Source: Amoebophrya sp. A120 (Eukaryota; Protista; Dinoflagellata). Taken from it: DNA of 64,000 nucleotides. The position numbers were made by a program, and so were the translations under genes. The notes beneath the pieces are model-generated. The model was given only the letters and a program-made list of their open reading frames with translations. It searched no databases and was not told where the DNA came from. Positions 24,201 to 36,218 of this stretch are shown piece by piece (positions within the stretch are counted from its first letter, which is position 1; each line of letters begins with the position of its first letter). The DNA lies in contig CAJINV010000009.1 in the NCBI GenBank assembly GCA_905178155.1, positions 3,898,957 through 3,962,956 on the forward strand, written 5' to 3'.

Positions 24201-26687
24201 ATGTTGGTCTCGTTTGGTCGTCGACCTGCAATTGCAATTGGTGTCCACCTCGTTGCTCTCTGGTGTAGTTTCTTCACCAGTCTGCTCGTCGTCCTCCCTG
24301 ACAATGCTGCAGCAGCTGGGGCGGCTGGTTCCACTACGGCAGGACGAGTGCCAGCACCACCTGCAGGAACACAACCTGTTGCAAAAGACCTCAAAGAACA
24401 GCCCGACCTCGCCGAGCAGACCCGCCTCTGCGAACTCTACGGCATGAACTACGATAATTTCCAGGAAACCAAACTGGTCCGCAAAATCAAGAAGAAGTAT
24501 TACGACAAAGCGGCGCTGTATCACAGGAAAAAAGTGTTACAGTTACACATCATTCACTTTCAGCATCACAAAGTTGCTCTGCATGGCAAGGAAAACTTGT
24601 AATGCACAGACTCCAAGGGAAAACACGAACGAAATAGGGCTTGCAAGCATTTCCTGCATGACAGAGGTTGTCTGTCTTGCTTGCCTTGCGTCAGAGTGTG
24701 TAGCTGTAACACTTTTTTCTCAGGATACGTTAGATGCCGGCGACCCGGAGCAAACCGTGAACGTCCCCTGGATCCCCGAGGGCCATAAGATGGTGAACAA
24801 AAAGCATTTATGCATTGCAAAAGCATCGTACTAGTATGAATTGCATCACAAATTCATTTTGCAAGAAGAAAAGTGGAATTTGTGATGCTGTTTTACCTTA
24901 GGAGTGAGATTTGTCATGCATATTTGCAATTAGTACGAGCAGGAGCACGATATTTTTGCACAGCATAGCACTGGACTTCCGCGATCCAACTCTTCCTGCA
25001 AGCCATCCGCCACGAACCCTTCCGGCCCGACGCGTGGCAACTGTATGGGGCGACCAACGCAGGTTTCGCGTTTGAGTTGATGGTATCAACTGCAAAAATG
25101 TCTTGGTCTGGAAAAATGCCAGACTTGTCATGCAGGTTTTCCATGGCCCATGAGGTCTGGCATGCAGGACATAGCATGACAGATTCTGTGAGAGTTCTAT
25201 CATGTTGCCTATCCTGCATGAGAAACAACTGCCTCTCAATTAGGTCGAAAGTGGCCAGCTTTTGGTAATCACGCAACACAGATCTTCTACATGATTTAGA
25301 TTTAGCATGACAAGTTGCTTTGTTCCAGACCCAGACATTTTTGCATTTGATACATGGAAAAAATGCAGGAAAGGGAAAAGGAGATGAACTTCAAAACACA
25401 AAGGGAACTATGAACTGCAAGAAAAGTATCGTACTCGTATAAATGCATGACAAATTCCCTCAGTGTGAGAAATGAAATTTGTAGTGCCGATTTACCTTGT
25501 CCTTGAGAAAAAAATTTGCAATGCATAAATGCAATTACTACGAGTGCGATACTTTTGCACAGGATAGGAACTCCAGATGGTCCGAGAGAAACAAAACCTC
25601 CACCTTGTCATATGTAAAAACGTCCCCACCCCATGGTCAAGGTGGAAAATCTGCTACACAAATTCACCAGCTTTGGCGGTTGCGCATGACAAGTTTGGCG
25701 TCGCAGTGTGCTCCTGTTTAGCTAGTTCAGCAGCATGACAGAGCTCGCGTAAGATGCTGACTTTAGCATCACAAATCCGACAACACGACTAGAACACGCG
25801 TCTCATGGGGCTCCACATGAGAAACATTTTGAGCATGCAGATTTGCATGACAACTATTTGCATTGCATGACAGCTATCATGGGGTGGCGGGGACGTTTTT
25901 ACATAGGATACACCTCCCGCCGCCCGCGGCGACCCCCGGGATGCTGAGCGACGAGGACTTTGCGGCGTTCCGAACGTACATGCGGGAAAACCAGTTGAAT
26001 ATGGGAGTGTCAGGATTGAAATCGTCAAACTTCGAATAATTTGTAATGCAGAAAATGCATGACGCGAGGCACGTGTGTTGCAGAGCAGGCAAGTGAGGCC
26101 GATTGTAAGCCTGTTTGTCGTTAGCGCTCGAGCTGCTAAAGCAGCATGAGAAAATCAGTCTTCATCTTTGCCTAAACAGCATGACAAGCTGGATTTTAGA
26201 ACCTCCAAAATTTGTCATGCGCCACTTGGCAACTGGGTTCCGATTGGCATCCATTTTATGCATGACAAATCATTTCAACTTTGTCAATTTCAATCCTGAC
26301 GCTTCCATATTGAAGGCAATGCAGTTATTAAAGGAAGCGCTGGCCAGCTGGGACGTCGCTTTTTTAATGGATTTGCCGACGCTGGAGCGGGAGAACATCA
26401 AGGCGCACTACTGGCAGGCGTTTTCGTTACTCAGGAAAATGAAGGGAAACAAAAAGGCCTACGTCGCGAAGGAGAAACCCTGGGAGTCGGATCCGGGGGA
26501 GTATTTCGGAGTGGACAAAGATAACAAGGAACAAATACAAAACGAAGATCACCAGTCTCCTGAAGAAGGAGATGATGAACGAGATGACACCGATGGTCCT
26601 CACAGCAAAAGCAGCTCGTCCGTAAAAGGAAAAAAGAACAAGAAAAGCAAAAAGAAGAAAAAGTCATGGCTCGGAACCTCCCAATAG
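24201..26687 (+). CDS. Hypothetical 348-aa protein with an N-terminal signal/hydrophobic segment and a TPR-like helix pair
   Basis: Exons 24201-24518, 24733-24808, 24973-25083, 25358-25408, 25572-25605, 25916-25999, 26315-26687; WTSAIQLFLQAIRHEPFRPDAWQLYG is TPR-like. Confidence 0.7.
24519..24727. mobile_element. Introner family E
   Basis: DR cgctg/cgtta. Confidence 0.85.
24809..24967. mobile_element. Introner family A
   Basis: DR gcatt/gcact. Confidence 0.85.
25084..25352. mobile_element. Introner family B
   Basis: DR gatgg/catgg. Confidence 0.9.
25409..25566. mobile_element. Introner family A
   Basis: DR ggaac. Confidence 0.9.
25606..25910. mobile_element. Introner family F (TIR ...TAAAAACGTCCCC), TGT 5' variant
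   Basis: DR cacct. Confidence 0.85.
26000..26309. mobile_element. Introner family H
   Basis: DR ttgaa. Confidence 0.9.
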
Positions 26688-26819
26688 AATAGCTCGTCGG
26701 AAAATTTTAGTTGATTTCACTGGGGAATGATTTTCGTTTCCGGGCACCTGACCGCGTCCGACACAGCTACATCGCCGGGCAAAGCGGTCCGACTACACCT
26801 GCGGAGAAGTTGATGTCCC

Positions 26820-28320
26820 ACCTTTGGGCCGCCCAAAAGTGAAAGCTAAAGCTTCAGGTTGAAAAAGTGAAACCTCGCTGAGATTTCACTTTCTGAGACT
26901 TTGAGGCAGTCGTAGTTTTGGTCGTTTGTCAAAAAGTGAAACTTCGCTGAGATTTTACTTTTTGAGCGCATTTTTTAAAAGATCTCATTTTTGGGCCACC
27001 CCGCGCAAGCGTGAGATTCCGAAAAAAGTGAAATCTCATTGAGATTTCACTTTCTGCACTGGAGCCCAGTGCGCCATGGAAACAGTGGAATTTCACTTTT
27101 GGAAAGTGAAATTTTGGAAAAAGTGAAATTTCACTGGAAAGTGAAAGTTTTCAAAAAGTGAAGCTTCACCTTTTGAAGGTCTCATGTTTTAGCCGCCCAA
27201 AAGTGAAATTTTTCAAAAAGTGAAATTCCAGTGGAATTTCACTTTTCAAAAGTGAAATCCCACTGGAATTTCACCCATTTCCCAGTGCGCCACTGGGAAA
27301 TGGGTGAAATTCCAGTGGAATTTCACTTTNTTCAGCCATTTCCCAGTGGCGCACTGGGCTCCAGTGCGGCACTGGAGCCCAGTGCGCCACTGGGAAATGG
27401 GTGAAATTCCAGTGGAATTTCACTTTTTCCAAAATTTCACTTTTTGAAAAGTTTCACTTTCGGAAAGTGAAACTTTGGAAAAAGTGAAATTCCAGTGAAA
27501 TTTCTGTCAGAAGACCGGTGGTCTGATGTTCCACGATGCTAAAGAGCATGAAGATCCTTCCCGTTTTGGTCCTGTTTGGACATAAGAAGATGATCAGATG
27601 ATGATGAATAGATGATGTACTCAGCTCGTGTTTCAGCACAAGATGACGATGTGCTTTCCGCATGCACCGATGCAAGTGCATGAACTGAATCGATTCACTT
27701 TGGACCTTGTACCTTCAGGCTAAAAAGCCTGAAGGTACAAGGTCCAAAGTGAATCGATTCAGTTCATGCACTTGCATCGGTGCATGCGGAAAGCACATCG
27801 TCATCTTGTGCTGAAACACGAGCTGAGTACATCATCTATTCATCATCATCTGATCATCTTCTTATGTCCAAACAGGACCAAAACGGGAAGGATCTTCATG
27901 CTCTTTAGCATCGTGGAACATCAGACCACCGGTCTTCTGACAATTTCACTTTTTGAAAAAAGTGAAATTTTGGAAAAAGTGAAACTTCACTGTAATTTCA
28001 CCCATTTCCCAGTGGCGCACTGGGCAGTGAAATAGAAATTCCAGTGGAATTTCACTTTTTGAAAAATTTCACCTTTGGGCGGCTAAAACATGAGACCTTC
28101 AAAAAGTGAAATCTCACTGAGATTTCACTTTTTTTCAGTGCCGCACTGAAAAAGGGGTGAAATCTCAGTGAGATTTCACTTTCGGAAAAAAAAGTGAAAT
28201 CTCAGTGAGATTTCACTTTCAGAAAGTGAAACTTCGCCGGGATTTCGCTTTTTTTCAGTGCCGCACCGAAAAAGGAGTGAAATCTCACTGAGATTTCGCT
28301 GCGTTTTGAATTTCCAGTCG
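26820..28320. repeat. Foldback-like region: arrays of AAGTGAAA/TTTCACTT modules arranged as long imperfect inverted arms
   Basis: Dozens of motif copies; 27176-27240 mirrored at ~28035-28105; N at 27330. Confidence 0.75.
27505..27942. repeat. Perfect palindrome, 217-bp arms with a 4-nt AAAA loop (27722-27725)
   Basis: Arms are reverse complements; identical ORFs on both strands in the ORF track. Confidence 0.9.
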
Positions 28321-28714
28321 GGCTCCATCCTTCCCTCCCTTTTCTGAAGCAAATGGCGTGAAGGCATTTTTAAGAGTGTGCATGTAGTGCACAGGCACAG
28401 GAATTCATATTGTATATATACGCTTTGTATTATTCTTATGGTATATGAGTCGTAGTGGTATTGGTAGGAGATCATGGCCCGCGCAGCATTTCATTTGTAT
28501 GGGGGCATTTATGAAACAGGGAGCGCCACGTTGGGTAGGTGCCCGTGTGAAGTATTGCCGTTTTCGCCTCCCAGTGTTTTGCAGAAAAATTTTCCGGTGA
28601 AGAGGGGGGGGCTTTTCCGATCCATGGAAAAAGTCTTCTTCTTCATCCGGCGCCAGTAGTACAACTACAAAGAAATCTGAAAAACGAACACTACGATCCG
28701 GAGCTGGGCTCGAG

Positions 28715-31700
28715 ATGTTTGAGGCCAGCGCGAAGGCTGCAGTGGCCGTGAGTGCGGAGGCCGATGGCGTGTCGATGCAGGAAAAAATGACGAAGGATGT
28801 ATCGACGGTAAGTGTAGATTTGCAGGAGCCGTGCACGACGCACACTAAATGCTGGCAACGCAGCAACATGAGTGACAGAGAGGACCTGAACTCTTGCGAT
28901 TTTTACTCAAGCATGATGATCAACAGCATGAAAACGACTCTGATCTTAGACCAGCAAATTTGAATTTGTGATGCATCTCGTACTACGTGGTGGTACACGG
29001 CAATCCAAAGCATTTGTATTGCATAATTAGACGAGAACGAGCTGAACTCCAACGTAATTTACGACTGCATGCTTCAAGACGAAATAGAGGAGTATGATGA
29101 TGACGATACCACCAGCAAGGACATGAAGCAAAAGAACACCGAGTGCAACATCTTCCAGCTGGCATTGTCCGTCGCTTGGTCGGTGAAAGCCGAGTACGCG
29201 CGGGACCAGTACCCCTCCGCTTTAATCTCCGACGAGCGATTCGTGAACAAAACCGCGGATGGGACTGACCATCGGTATCTCGGTGCCGCGAACTTCCTCT
29301 GCGGTTCGGTGGACAATTTGGCGTTTGAGTTTTCGAAAAAGGAGAAGAAGTCCGGGATGATTTTGTCCGCCCGGAAAATGCGGAAAATGCTCATTATCTT
29401 CTACACCTGCGGGGTGCTGAACATCAAAAACGCGTTCGAGCCGGAGTTAATCGAGTGGGTTGGGAAGGCGTATCCACAGTAAATTTCCCGTACACGTACA
29501 AATGCAGTCACTGCATGACAAAACTTGCCATCAATCCTAGTCTAGCATGACAAGTTGGACACTGCAAGTTAGCGCAATTTGTCATGCATTTTGTACATGT
29601 ACAGGAAATTTGTATTGCATAAAGCGCAGAAGGAACACATCAAGTGGAAGGTGAAAAACACGAAGAATTTGGAGAAATTGCAGTTACGCAGCGCAAAAGT
29701 ATTGCACTCGTGTCATGCATGACAAATATCTTCCCCAGCTGGAATCAGCATTACAAATTCCCCTTTTCCTCTTGCCAAAGTTTGTGATGCAGCGAGCGCA
29801 TGCCAGTTCGATACCGTTTGCAATGCATAACAGTCTTTCCGGGGGGATTGGAACAAGGCGATCAGTGAAGAGGGGTCGGCGGAGGTACTGTTTCAAAATA
29901 TGAACGGGGACGACGAGGATAACGGAACGACTTCTCCTTCGGAAGGCGAAGGTGGCGAGGAGCATGATGCTGCTGAAGACGATGAAGCGGATGGAGCTGG
30001 CGCCAGCGCTCCTTCATCGTCATCCTCAAAACCATCTTCGAAAACTTCGACTTCGAAAAAGGCAAAGCCCAAGAACAAAAATGGCAAGAAGGGGGCAAAA
30101 AAGTCGAGATTACTTTTAACCCAGACGGAGCTGCACGACGCGGCACCGAGATCTTCTGGCCGATACGAAGTCCGGCTGCCGTTTGAGAAACCGTTTATCT
30201 GTGAAATATCCACAGTAAATTTCCCGTACACGTACAGATGCGTTCTGTGCATGACAAAACTTGGCAGCTTCAGTCCTAGTTTAGCATGACAAGTTTTACG
30301 GCGCTCCACATGGGTCAAATTTGTGATGCATCTTGTACATGTACGGGAAATTTGTATTGCATATGAAAGTCTTATTGGCAACAAGATGGTTTTGTACTTC
30401 ATTTCCATGCTGTTGAAGCCGAAAGTGGAGATCGACGAGTTCTTATCCACAGAAAAAAAAATCATCCTTATCCACTTTTTGCATGATAGACGCTGGGTTT
30501 TATGTATGTTTTGCATGACAAACTGGATGGGGATGGTTTTTGTTTGTGGATAGTTCTCCTACGTCCAATCCGAAGCGAACACCCCTCCGATGCACTGGCA
30601 CCAGGACGTTGATCCGGTCTATTCCACCCAGGTGTTCGCGTCTGGTGGAGAAAAGCTGTTTGTTGACCCAACGGACGGGAAAGCTTCGATGATGGCAACG
30701 GTTCCCGCGAGTAACACGCCGCAATTTGGGGTGCAACTGCCACCCAGTTCGATCGTCATGATCGTACCGTTACGGAACTTAACGTACGTATCCTGTGTAA
30801 AAACGTCCCCACACCACAGTTGTCATGCAACTCTGCATGCTTAAAATGTTTCTCATGCGGAGCCCCACCAGAAGCATTTTCCAATGCGGTTTGGAAATCT
30901 GCAATGCGGCAATCAGCATGAGGTACTAGATCTGTAATGCTGCTTACCTAGCTCAAACAGCACTACACTACGCGTCCAAATTTGTCATGCGAAAGAGCCA
31001 AAGCTTATGGATTTGTCTAGCGGATTTCCCATCTTGACTCTGGTGTGGGGACATTTTAACTCAGGATACTACGCAGACGGACCGACGGAATTTCTGACCG
31101 GGTCCCATGTCCACATCGCACCACGCCATTTTTGGAGTGAGCAGATCGCAAGGTATCGAACTTTTATTGGGGAGGAATCGTTTGAAGACTCAGGAGCGGA
31201 GTATTCGAAGAACGGGACGAAACTTCAGCAGATGAATAAGACCCTCGAGGAAGAAATTGAAGAGTACAAGGAGAAGATGAAGCAGAACCGTCTCCCCATC
31301 CCCCCTCGGATCTCCTTCGAGTCCACGGTCGGCGCGGTCACGTTTATGGACCTATGCATTGCAGAAATGTCTGGGTCCTCTGGAAACATGGAACTTGTAA
31401 TGCTAGTCCTACATTCCTGTAAGATCTGTATTGCATGACCAACAAAGTAGAAACGCGCTCTCTTGTCATGTAAAAGCGCAGCTTGTCATGCGGACTGCGC
31501 ATGACAAAGCGTTCGGCAAACTTGTCATGCTTGGCTGCCTTTGGAAGTGGTATTTTAGTCGTGCACAGTTCAGCATCACAAGTTTCCAGATCCAGACACT
31601 TTTGCATTGGATAGGACTTGCGGTTGCACCACCGGGCGTTGGCGAACCGGAACAAGGAGAATTATCCTGTGCAAAAGTATCGTACTTGTATTGCAAACAT

Positions 31701-32611
31701 GCATTACAAATCCTTTTCTTAAGGTCAATCCGCATTACAAATTTTATTTCTCATGCTGAGGAAATTATTTGTAATGCGTTTTATACTAGTACGATACTTT
31801 TGCAGTTCATAAGAATCTACCCAGGCCGATTCTGTACATCTCGTATGTCAGGGATTGGTTCAAGGATTCGGTGAATTTCAAGGAACTCCACTCCGGGCTG
31901 TTCGACGAGTTGGGGAGTAACGTGCTGCGGAAATTGCTGATGCGGGTGGAGACGCGGAACTACGTGCAGTCGTTGAGAGATTTTGTGGCGACAAAGATGA
32001 ACCAGCAAGATCGAGATGATGTTGCGTCTCCAGGTGTTAGTACGACATGCCTTGTCGGAAACGTGACCACCGCTTCGGCTCCTCCAGTGTCCTCTGGCGC
32101 ATCCAAATCTGCAACACAAGGGGAAGCTGCACCAGCAGATTTGGAGCAGCTGAGGAAGCAGATCCGGGAGGAGGAGAGGGAAAAATTACGAAGCGAAGTT
32201 ACCGAGGAAGTGTTGGGGAATTTGCTCGGGGTGTTGCGACAGGGATTGACATCAACCTCGGCGGGTGGAGAACCTTCTTCGACTACTTCAACGAGGACTG
32301 CCATTCAATACCGCGCACCACAACAAGATGCACACAACGCACCTGCACGACCCCCTCCCCCGCCAAAAGCACCACAAGGACGAGCCGCCACAGGCGCATC
32401 TTCAGGAGCCACGACCACAGCAGACATGAGGACGGCACAGACGAGCACTCAAGATGATAACTACGTGCAACCAACATCAAAGCCATTTTATTCCATGCCT
32501 TCCATATCCCCGAGCACGGGTAGCTACGTGCAGGCCGCGCTGGGGTTGTGGCACGAGAGCGAGTACGCCGGTGGGGCGCAAAGGGAAGACGCGCCGGAGA
32601 TCATTGACTGA
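28715..32611 (+). CDS. Phytanoyl-CoA dioxygenase (PhyH)-family Fe(II)/2-oxoglutarate dioxygenase, ~790 aa; true start may lie upstream
   Basis: Exons 28715-28799, 29031-29470, 29627-29684, 29835-30206, 30369-30443, 30558-30788, 31074-31352, 31619-31662, 31817-32611; motifs HWHQD, VPL..LT...GPTEFLTGSH, DLRLHHRALAN, RPILYISY...WF.D..NF. Confidence 0.8.
28800..29025. mobile_element. Degenerate introner (C-like)
   Basis: TATC...TTGTATTGCATA; DR decayed; frame kept. Confidence 0.55.
29471..29621. mobile_element. Introner family C (TATCCACAGTAAATTTCCCG...TTGTATTGCATA)
   Basis: DR aggcg/aagcg. Confidence 0.9.
29685..29829. mobile_element. Introner family A, TAC 5' variant
   Basis: DR gcagt/acagt. 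Confidence 0.8.
30207..30363. mobile_element. Introner family C
   Basis: DR tgaaa. Confidence 0.9.
30444..30552. mobile_element. Introner family D
   Basis: DR gttct. Confidence 0.9.
30789..31068. mobile_element. Introner family F
   Basis: DR gtacg/ctacg. Confidence 0.9.
31353..31613. mobile_element. Introner family B
   Basis: DR ggacc/ggact. Confidence 0.9.
31663..31811. mobile_element. Introner family A
   Basis: DR agaat. Confidence 0.9.
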
Positions 32612-33361
32612 GATGTAGTTGGTGGTGCCCAGTAACAAATTGAAAGAACAATATACGGAGGTTGTCGGGAAACAACTAGCAGGAAATAAAAGTACCTACA
32701 GGAGCTGCTGGCTCTTGGCTTTGTATCTGTCTATAAGTAAAAGCTAGTGGATGAACATGAAGATGTAGTGTGGAAAAAGAAGATGAACGAAACCGCATAT
32801 TAAAAGGCTTCGACCAACGCAATGGCGCTGTAGGTACGATTTTCACAGCGGTGCGCCTGCGCTCACCGCTCGGAAATAGAGTAAGTGTTCGTGTAAGCAT
32901 GTGCTGGCGCTCTGCAGCAAAGCACTGTGATGCCATGCCAGGCGTCGCCGATGTTGATTGACGTGCTGGAACCAGGAAGGTTTAGTTTAGATCAACAACT
33001 GCCACATCTTTTGTAACGTTTTTTCGCATCAAGTAATAAATGGTATCGTTCGACTCGTTTGAAGTTTCTGTTAGTTTTAATTCGATAGCCCCAGCTTGCA
33101 CTTTGGCTTTCCACCGCCGAAGTCAAATCGTTTTCCAAAACAGCAGGGACCCAGACAGGCATTCTTGATCTCCATTCCCCGGCCCATTTACGCAAGAAAA
33201 CCGCCGACGAGCAGGATCCGTTGGTTGATGTACGGGGCAACGCTATCTCTGTAGTTGTTGCTTTTGGTTTTTCGATCTTCATCAGGAAAAATAAGTATTC
33301 CTCGATTCCACCTTGTTTGCCACTCCCGTTGATATTCCAGTTTAAGTACTTATCACACAAG

Positions 33362-35588
33362 ATGGCCTCCCTCCTCCCGGGCATGAGCCAGCTGATCACG
33401 AAGCTTGAAGAAATTCAAGTTGCGTGTTATGACCTGCTCAAGCGTCACAATCTCAAACGTTGCAATAGCATCTGGATTTTGTCTTGCATGAAGAGCATGA
33501 AGAACGTATGTAGAGTTCTTGCGCCTTTCGCAATACAAATTTCGCCGGGTATCAATAGGGTTTTTGGGTGCCGAAACTTGTCATGCGCAAACCTATGGGA
33601 CTACGGTAGATTATGCACTTCCTGCATCACAGATTTCCGTATGCCTATTCTATTGTAACGTTTAAGATTGTAACACCTGAGCAAGTTATACCTGTGGGGA
33701 GAAGGAGGATCCGGAAAATAAGAAGCAAAGGGTATGCAAGAAAAAAACTGTGTAAGTGTAAATTTGTATTGCAGAAGATGCAACAGAGTTACACCTGTCA
33801 TGCCAGACAGCCATGAAGTCCTCTTTTCATGTGTGTTTTCCCTTACAAACCACGCATGACAGGTTTTCTCTGTCATGTACAGCAAATTTGTGATGCTGTT
33901 TCTCAAAGAAAGTTACACTTACACACTTTTTTTCCTGGATAAAGGGCGAAACAAGACGACTACACGATCATGAAGCGGCAACTCCACGGCATGCTCCACA
34001 TATGAACTGCAAGAGTATCGTACTCGTATATTTATAATGCATTACAAATTTTCTCCGCATGAGAAATGAAATTTGTAATGCGGATTTACGAGGAGAAAAA
34101 AAGTTGTAATGCGAGACTTGCATTTATACGAGTGCGATACTCTTGCAGTGGATGCCACATTCTCCGGACGAACATCCGGGAGCGGAACAAGATCACGAAA
34201 AAGCACGGCAACAACTACCAGGCGATACAGAAGAAAGTAAGGATAATGGAACAGATCAGCGAGATCGAGAAATACTTGCCAAAATTGCAGCAGATCCAGA
34301 TGAAGCAGGCAAAAGCGAAAAGGTTGCCACTATTCAGGGAAAAACACCCATCCCCATCCAATTTGTCATGCAAATCACGTATCAAATTCTATGCTTGTCA
34401 TGCAAAACATGCATGGGGATGGGTGTTTTTTCCTGGATAGCCACAGGAAGAAATCGATTTCAGGATACAGGACATCCGAAACATCGTGAAGCAGCTAGAA
34501 GAAGCGAAAATCGCATTGCAGAGCAACGTATCAAATGCAAAAATGTCTGGGTCTGGAAGAATGCAACTTGTGATGCTGTATTTGGATGTCTAAAAAATTT
34601 GTGTTGCATGAGCAACAAAAGGATTCTAATTTTTGCTACGCAGAGAGGGCATTTGTCATGCGGAATAAGCATCAAGAATGAGAAAGAGAATCCCTCAAAA
34701 AACCTGTGATGCTAGGGCATGCATCACAAGCATCATGGCTCATGCAAACCGTGCATGAAGACAAGTCTCAGAATCTTCCAGACCCAGACACTTTTGCATT
34801 TGATACAACGTGGATGTTGCGGAGGACGAGTTTGATGAGGGCGAGGTAATGTTTTGATGAAAGGTCGCTGTTGATAGAAGAAGGTCTTGTTTTGGAAGAC
34901 CACAGGAACGAACTTGTCATGCTATTTTTGAATTGATGTTGATTGCTAGAAGTACTAGCAGTTGTAGTCTAGGTGCAGGAAGAACACAATTGAAGATGCT
35001 TTGATGAACCATCTCCATCTAAAACATCAGGATGATGTCTTCGGCCCTGGAACAAACAGTAAGGAGAAAAACGCCACTGCTAACCTTCTCGAGCACCGGT
35101 ACCAACTGGAGAGGGACCAAACCGGGCGGGATCTGAACGAGGATGAGCAGCAGGCGATACAACGGTGGAAGGACCGAGATGAAAATTTTGACCAAATGCT
35201 GGACCAAATCGGCGTCTTGGCGGACAGATTAAACCCCCTCGTCTCCACCATCGGTGAAGCGGCACAGCGGCAGTCGATAATAGCGAATGACATATCGAAG
35301 AAGACGGAAAAAGCGGACGAAGATATCAAGACAATGGGTGGAAAGCTGAAATATGTTTTGCAGCAGGAATATTCCCTGAAAATTAACCATCCCCATCCAA
35401 TTTGTCATACAAAAAATGTAGTAAAGTCTGTGCTTGTCATGCAAAAAGTGGATGGGGATGGTTAATTTTCAGGGGATAAGGAAAGGAATTCCGATTTTAT
35501 CTGTAAATTGATCATGTTTTTGGTCCTGCTCACTGTGATGGGGGTTCTAGCGAAGATGTTGAATAGCCAGATGAGCAGCGCGAGATAG
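33362..35588 (+). CDS. Qc-SNARE, SYP7 (syntaxin 71-73)-like, 317 aa with C-terminal TM
   Basis: Exons 33362-33427, 33696-33732, 33947-34000, 34160-34330, 34445-34528, 34811-34845, 34968-35369, 35484-35588; SNARE coil DENFDQMLDQI...AAQRQ... and tail anchor FICKLIMFLVLLTVMGVL. Confidence 0.75.
33428..33690. mobile_element. Introner family I
   Basis: DR cgtgt/cctgt; ~40-bp TIR. Confidence 0.85.
33733..33941. mobile_element. Introner family E
   Basis: DR aaggg. Confidence 0.9.
34001..34154. mobile_element. Introner family A, ATG 3' variant
   Basis: DR ccaca. Confidence 0.85.
34331..34439. mobile_element. Introner family D
   Basis: DR gccac. Confidence 0.9.
34529..34805. mobile_element. Introner family B
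   Basis: DR caacg. Confidence 0.9.
34846..34967 (+). other. Canonical GT-AG intron (acceptor inferred from frame)
   Basis: GAG|gtaatg...gttgtag|TCT keeps frame. Confidence 0.55.
35370..35478. mobile_element. Introner family D
   Basis: DR aggaa. Confidence 0.9.
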
Positions 35589-36218
35589 TTCTAAGTGCAT
35601 GGTTGTTTGCGAGAGAAATCAGCCTGAAAATGTACTGGTGCTGCAAAAAAGCGCATACGTTCGTCGTCTGAAGGTCATAAGAAGCGAGTGTTTCAGCACA
35701 GCCTGTGGCTTACTTGGTCTTTTATGTTCGAAAAACATCCAGTTTCTGAGCGACAAAAACGGCATAATTTGGAAGAAGCTGACGACCATAATATTCGTTC
35801 GAGTGAATAAAAGGGTAGAGAAGATGCCACAGAGAGAACAAGTTGAGCTAGACATAGTTAGAGAGAAAAAATCGCAAAGCCGAAGCACGCAACAAATTTA
35901 CCTCCACATCGAATTGAGCACACTGAAAAAAAGACCACAAGAGTGTCTTCATAGAGAGACAGATAAGATTATGGTGCGACTTCTAGACTGAATTCAAATG
36001 TAGAAAAGAGTGAATGTTGTAGCATTGCTGCAAACACACCTGAAAACACACCTGAAAACGTGGACCTGAGCAGGATCGCGATACTTCAATAAAGATCAAG
36101 ATGGCCGACGAAACTTGTTTGGCGGGAAACCGTAGGTACTAGCACGGCCTCCTCCTCCTCTTCCACAGCACCGGCACTACCAGCACCGGCGGACAGAGAA
36201 GGTCTACTACCTTTTGAA

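Noticed and set aside
24430-24530. DnaJ J-domain (IKKKYYDKAALYH)
   Set aside because: YH comes from the element; the spliced frame has no HPD
28809-29030. Canonical intron from GTAAGT at ~28809 to the AG at 29030
   Set aside because: That join runs into a stop, whereas the TAT...ATA + 5 nt rule keeps frame
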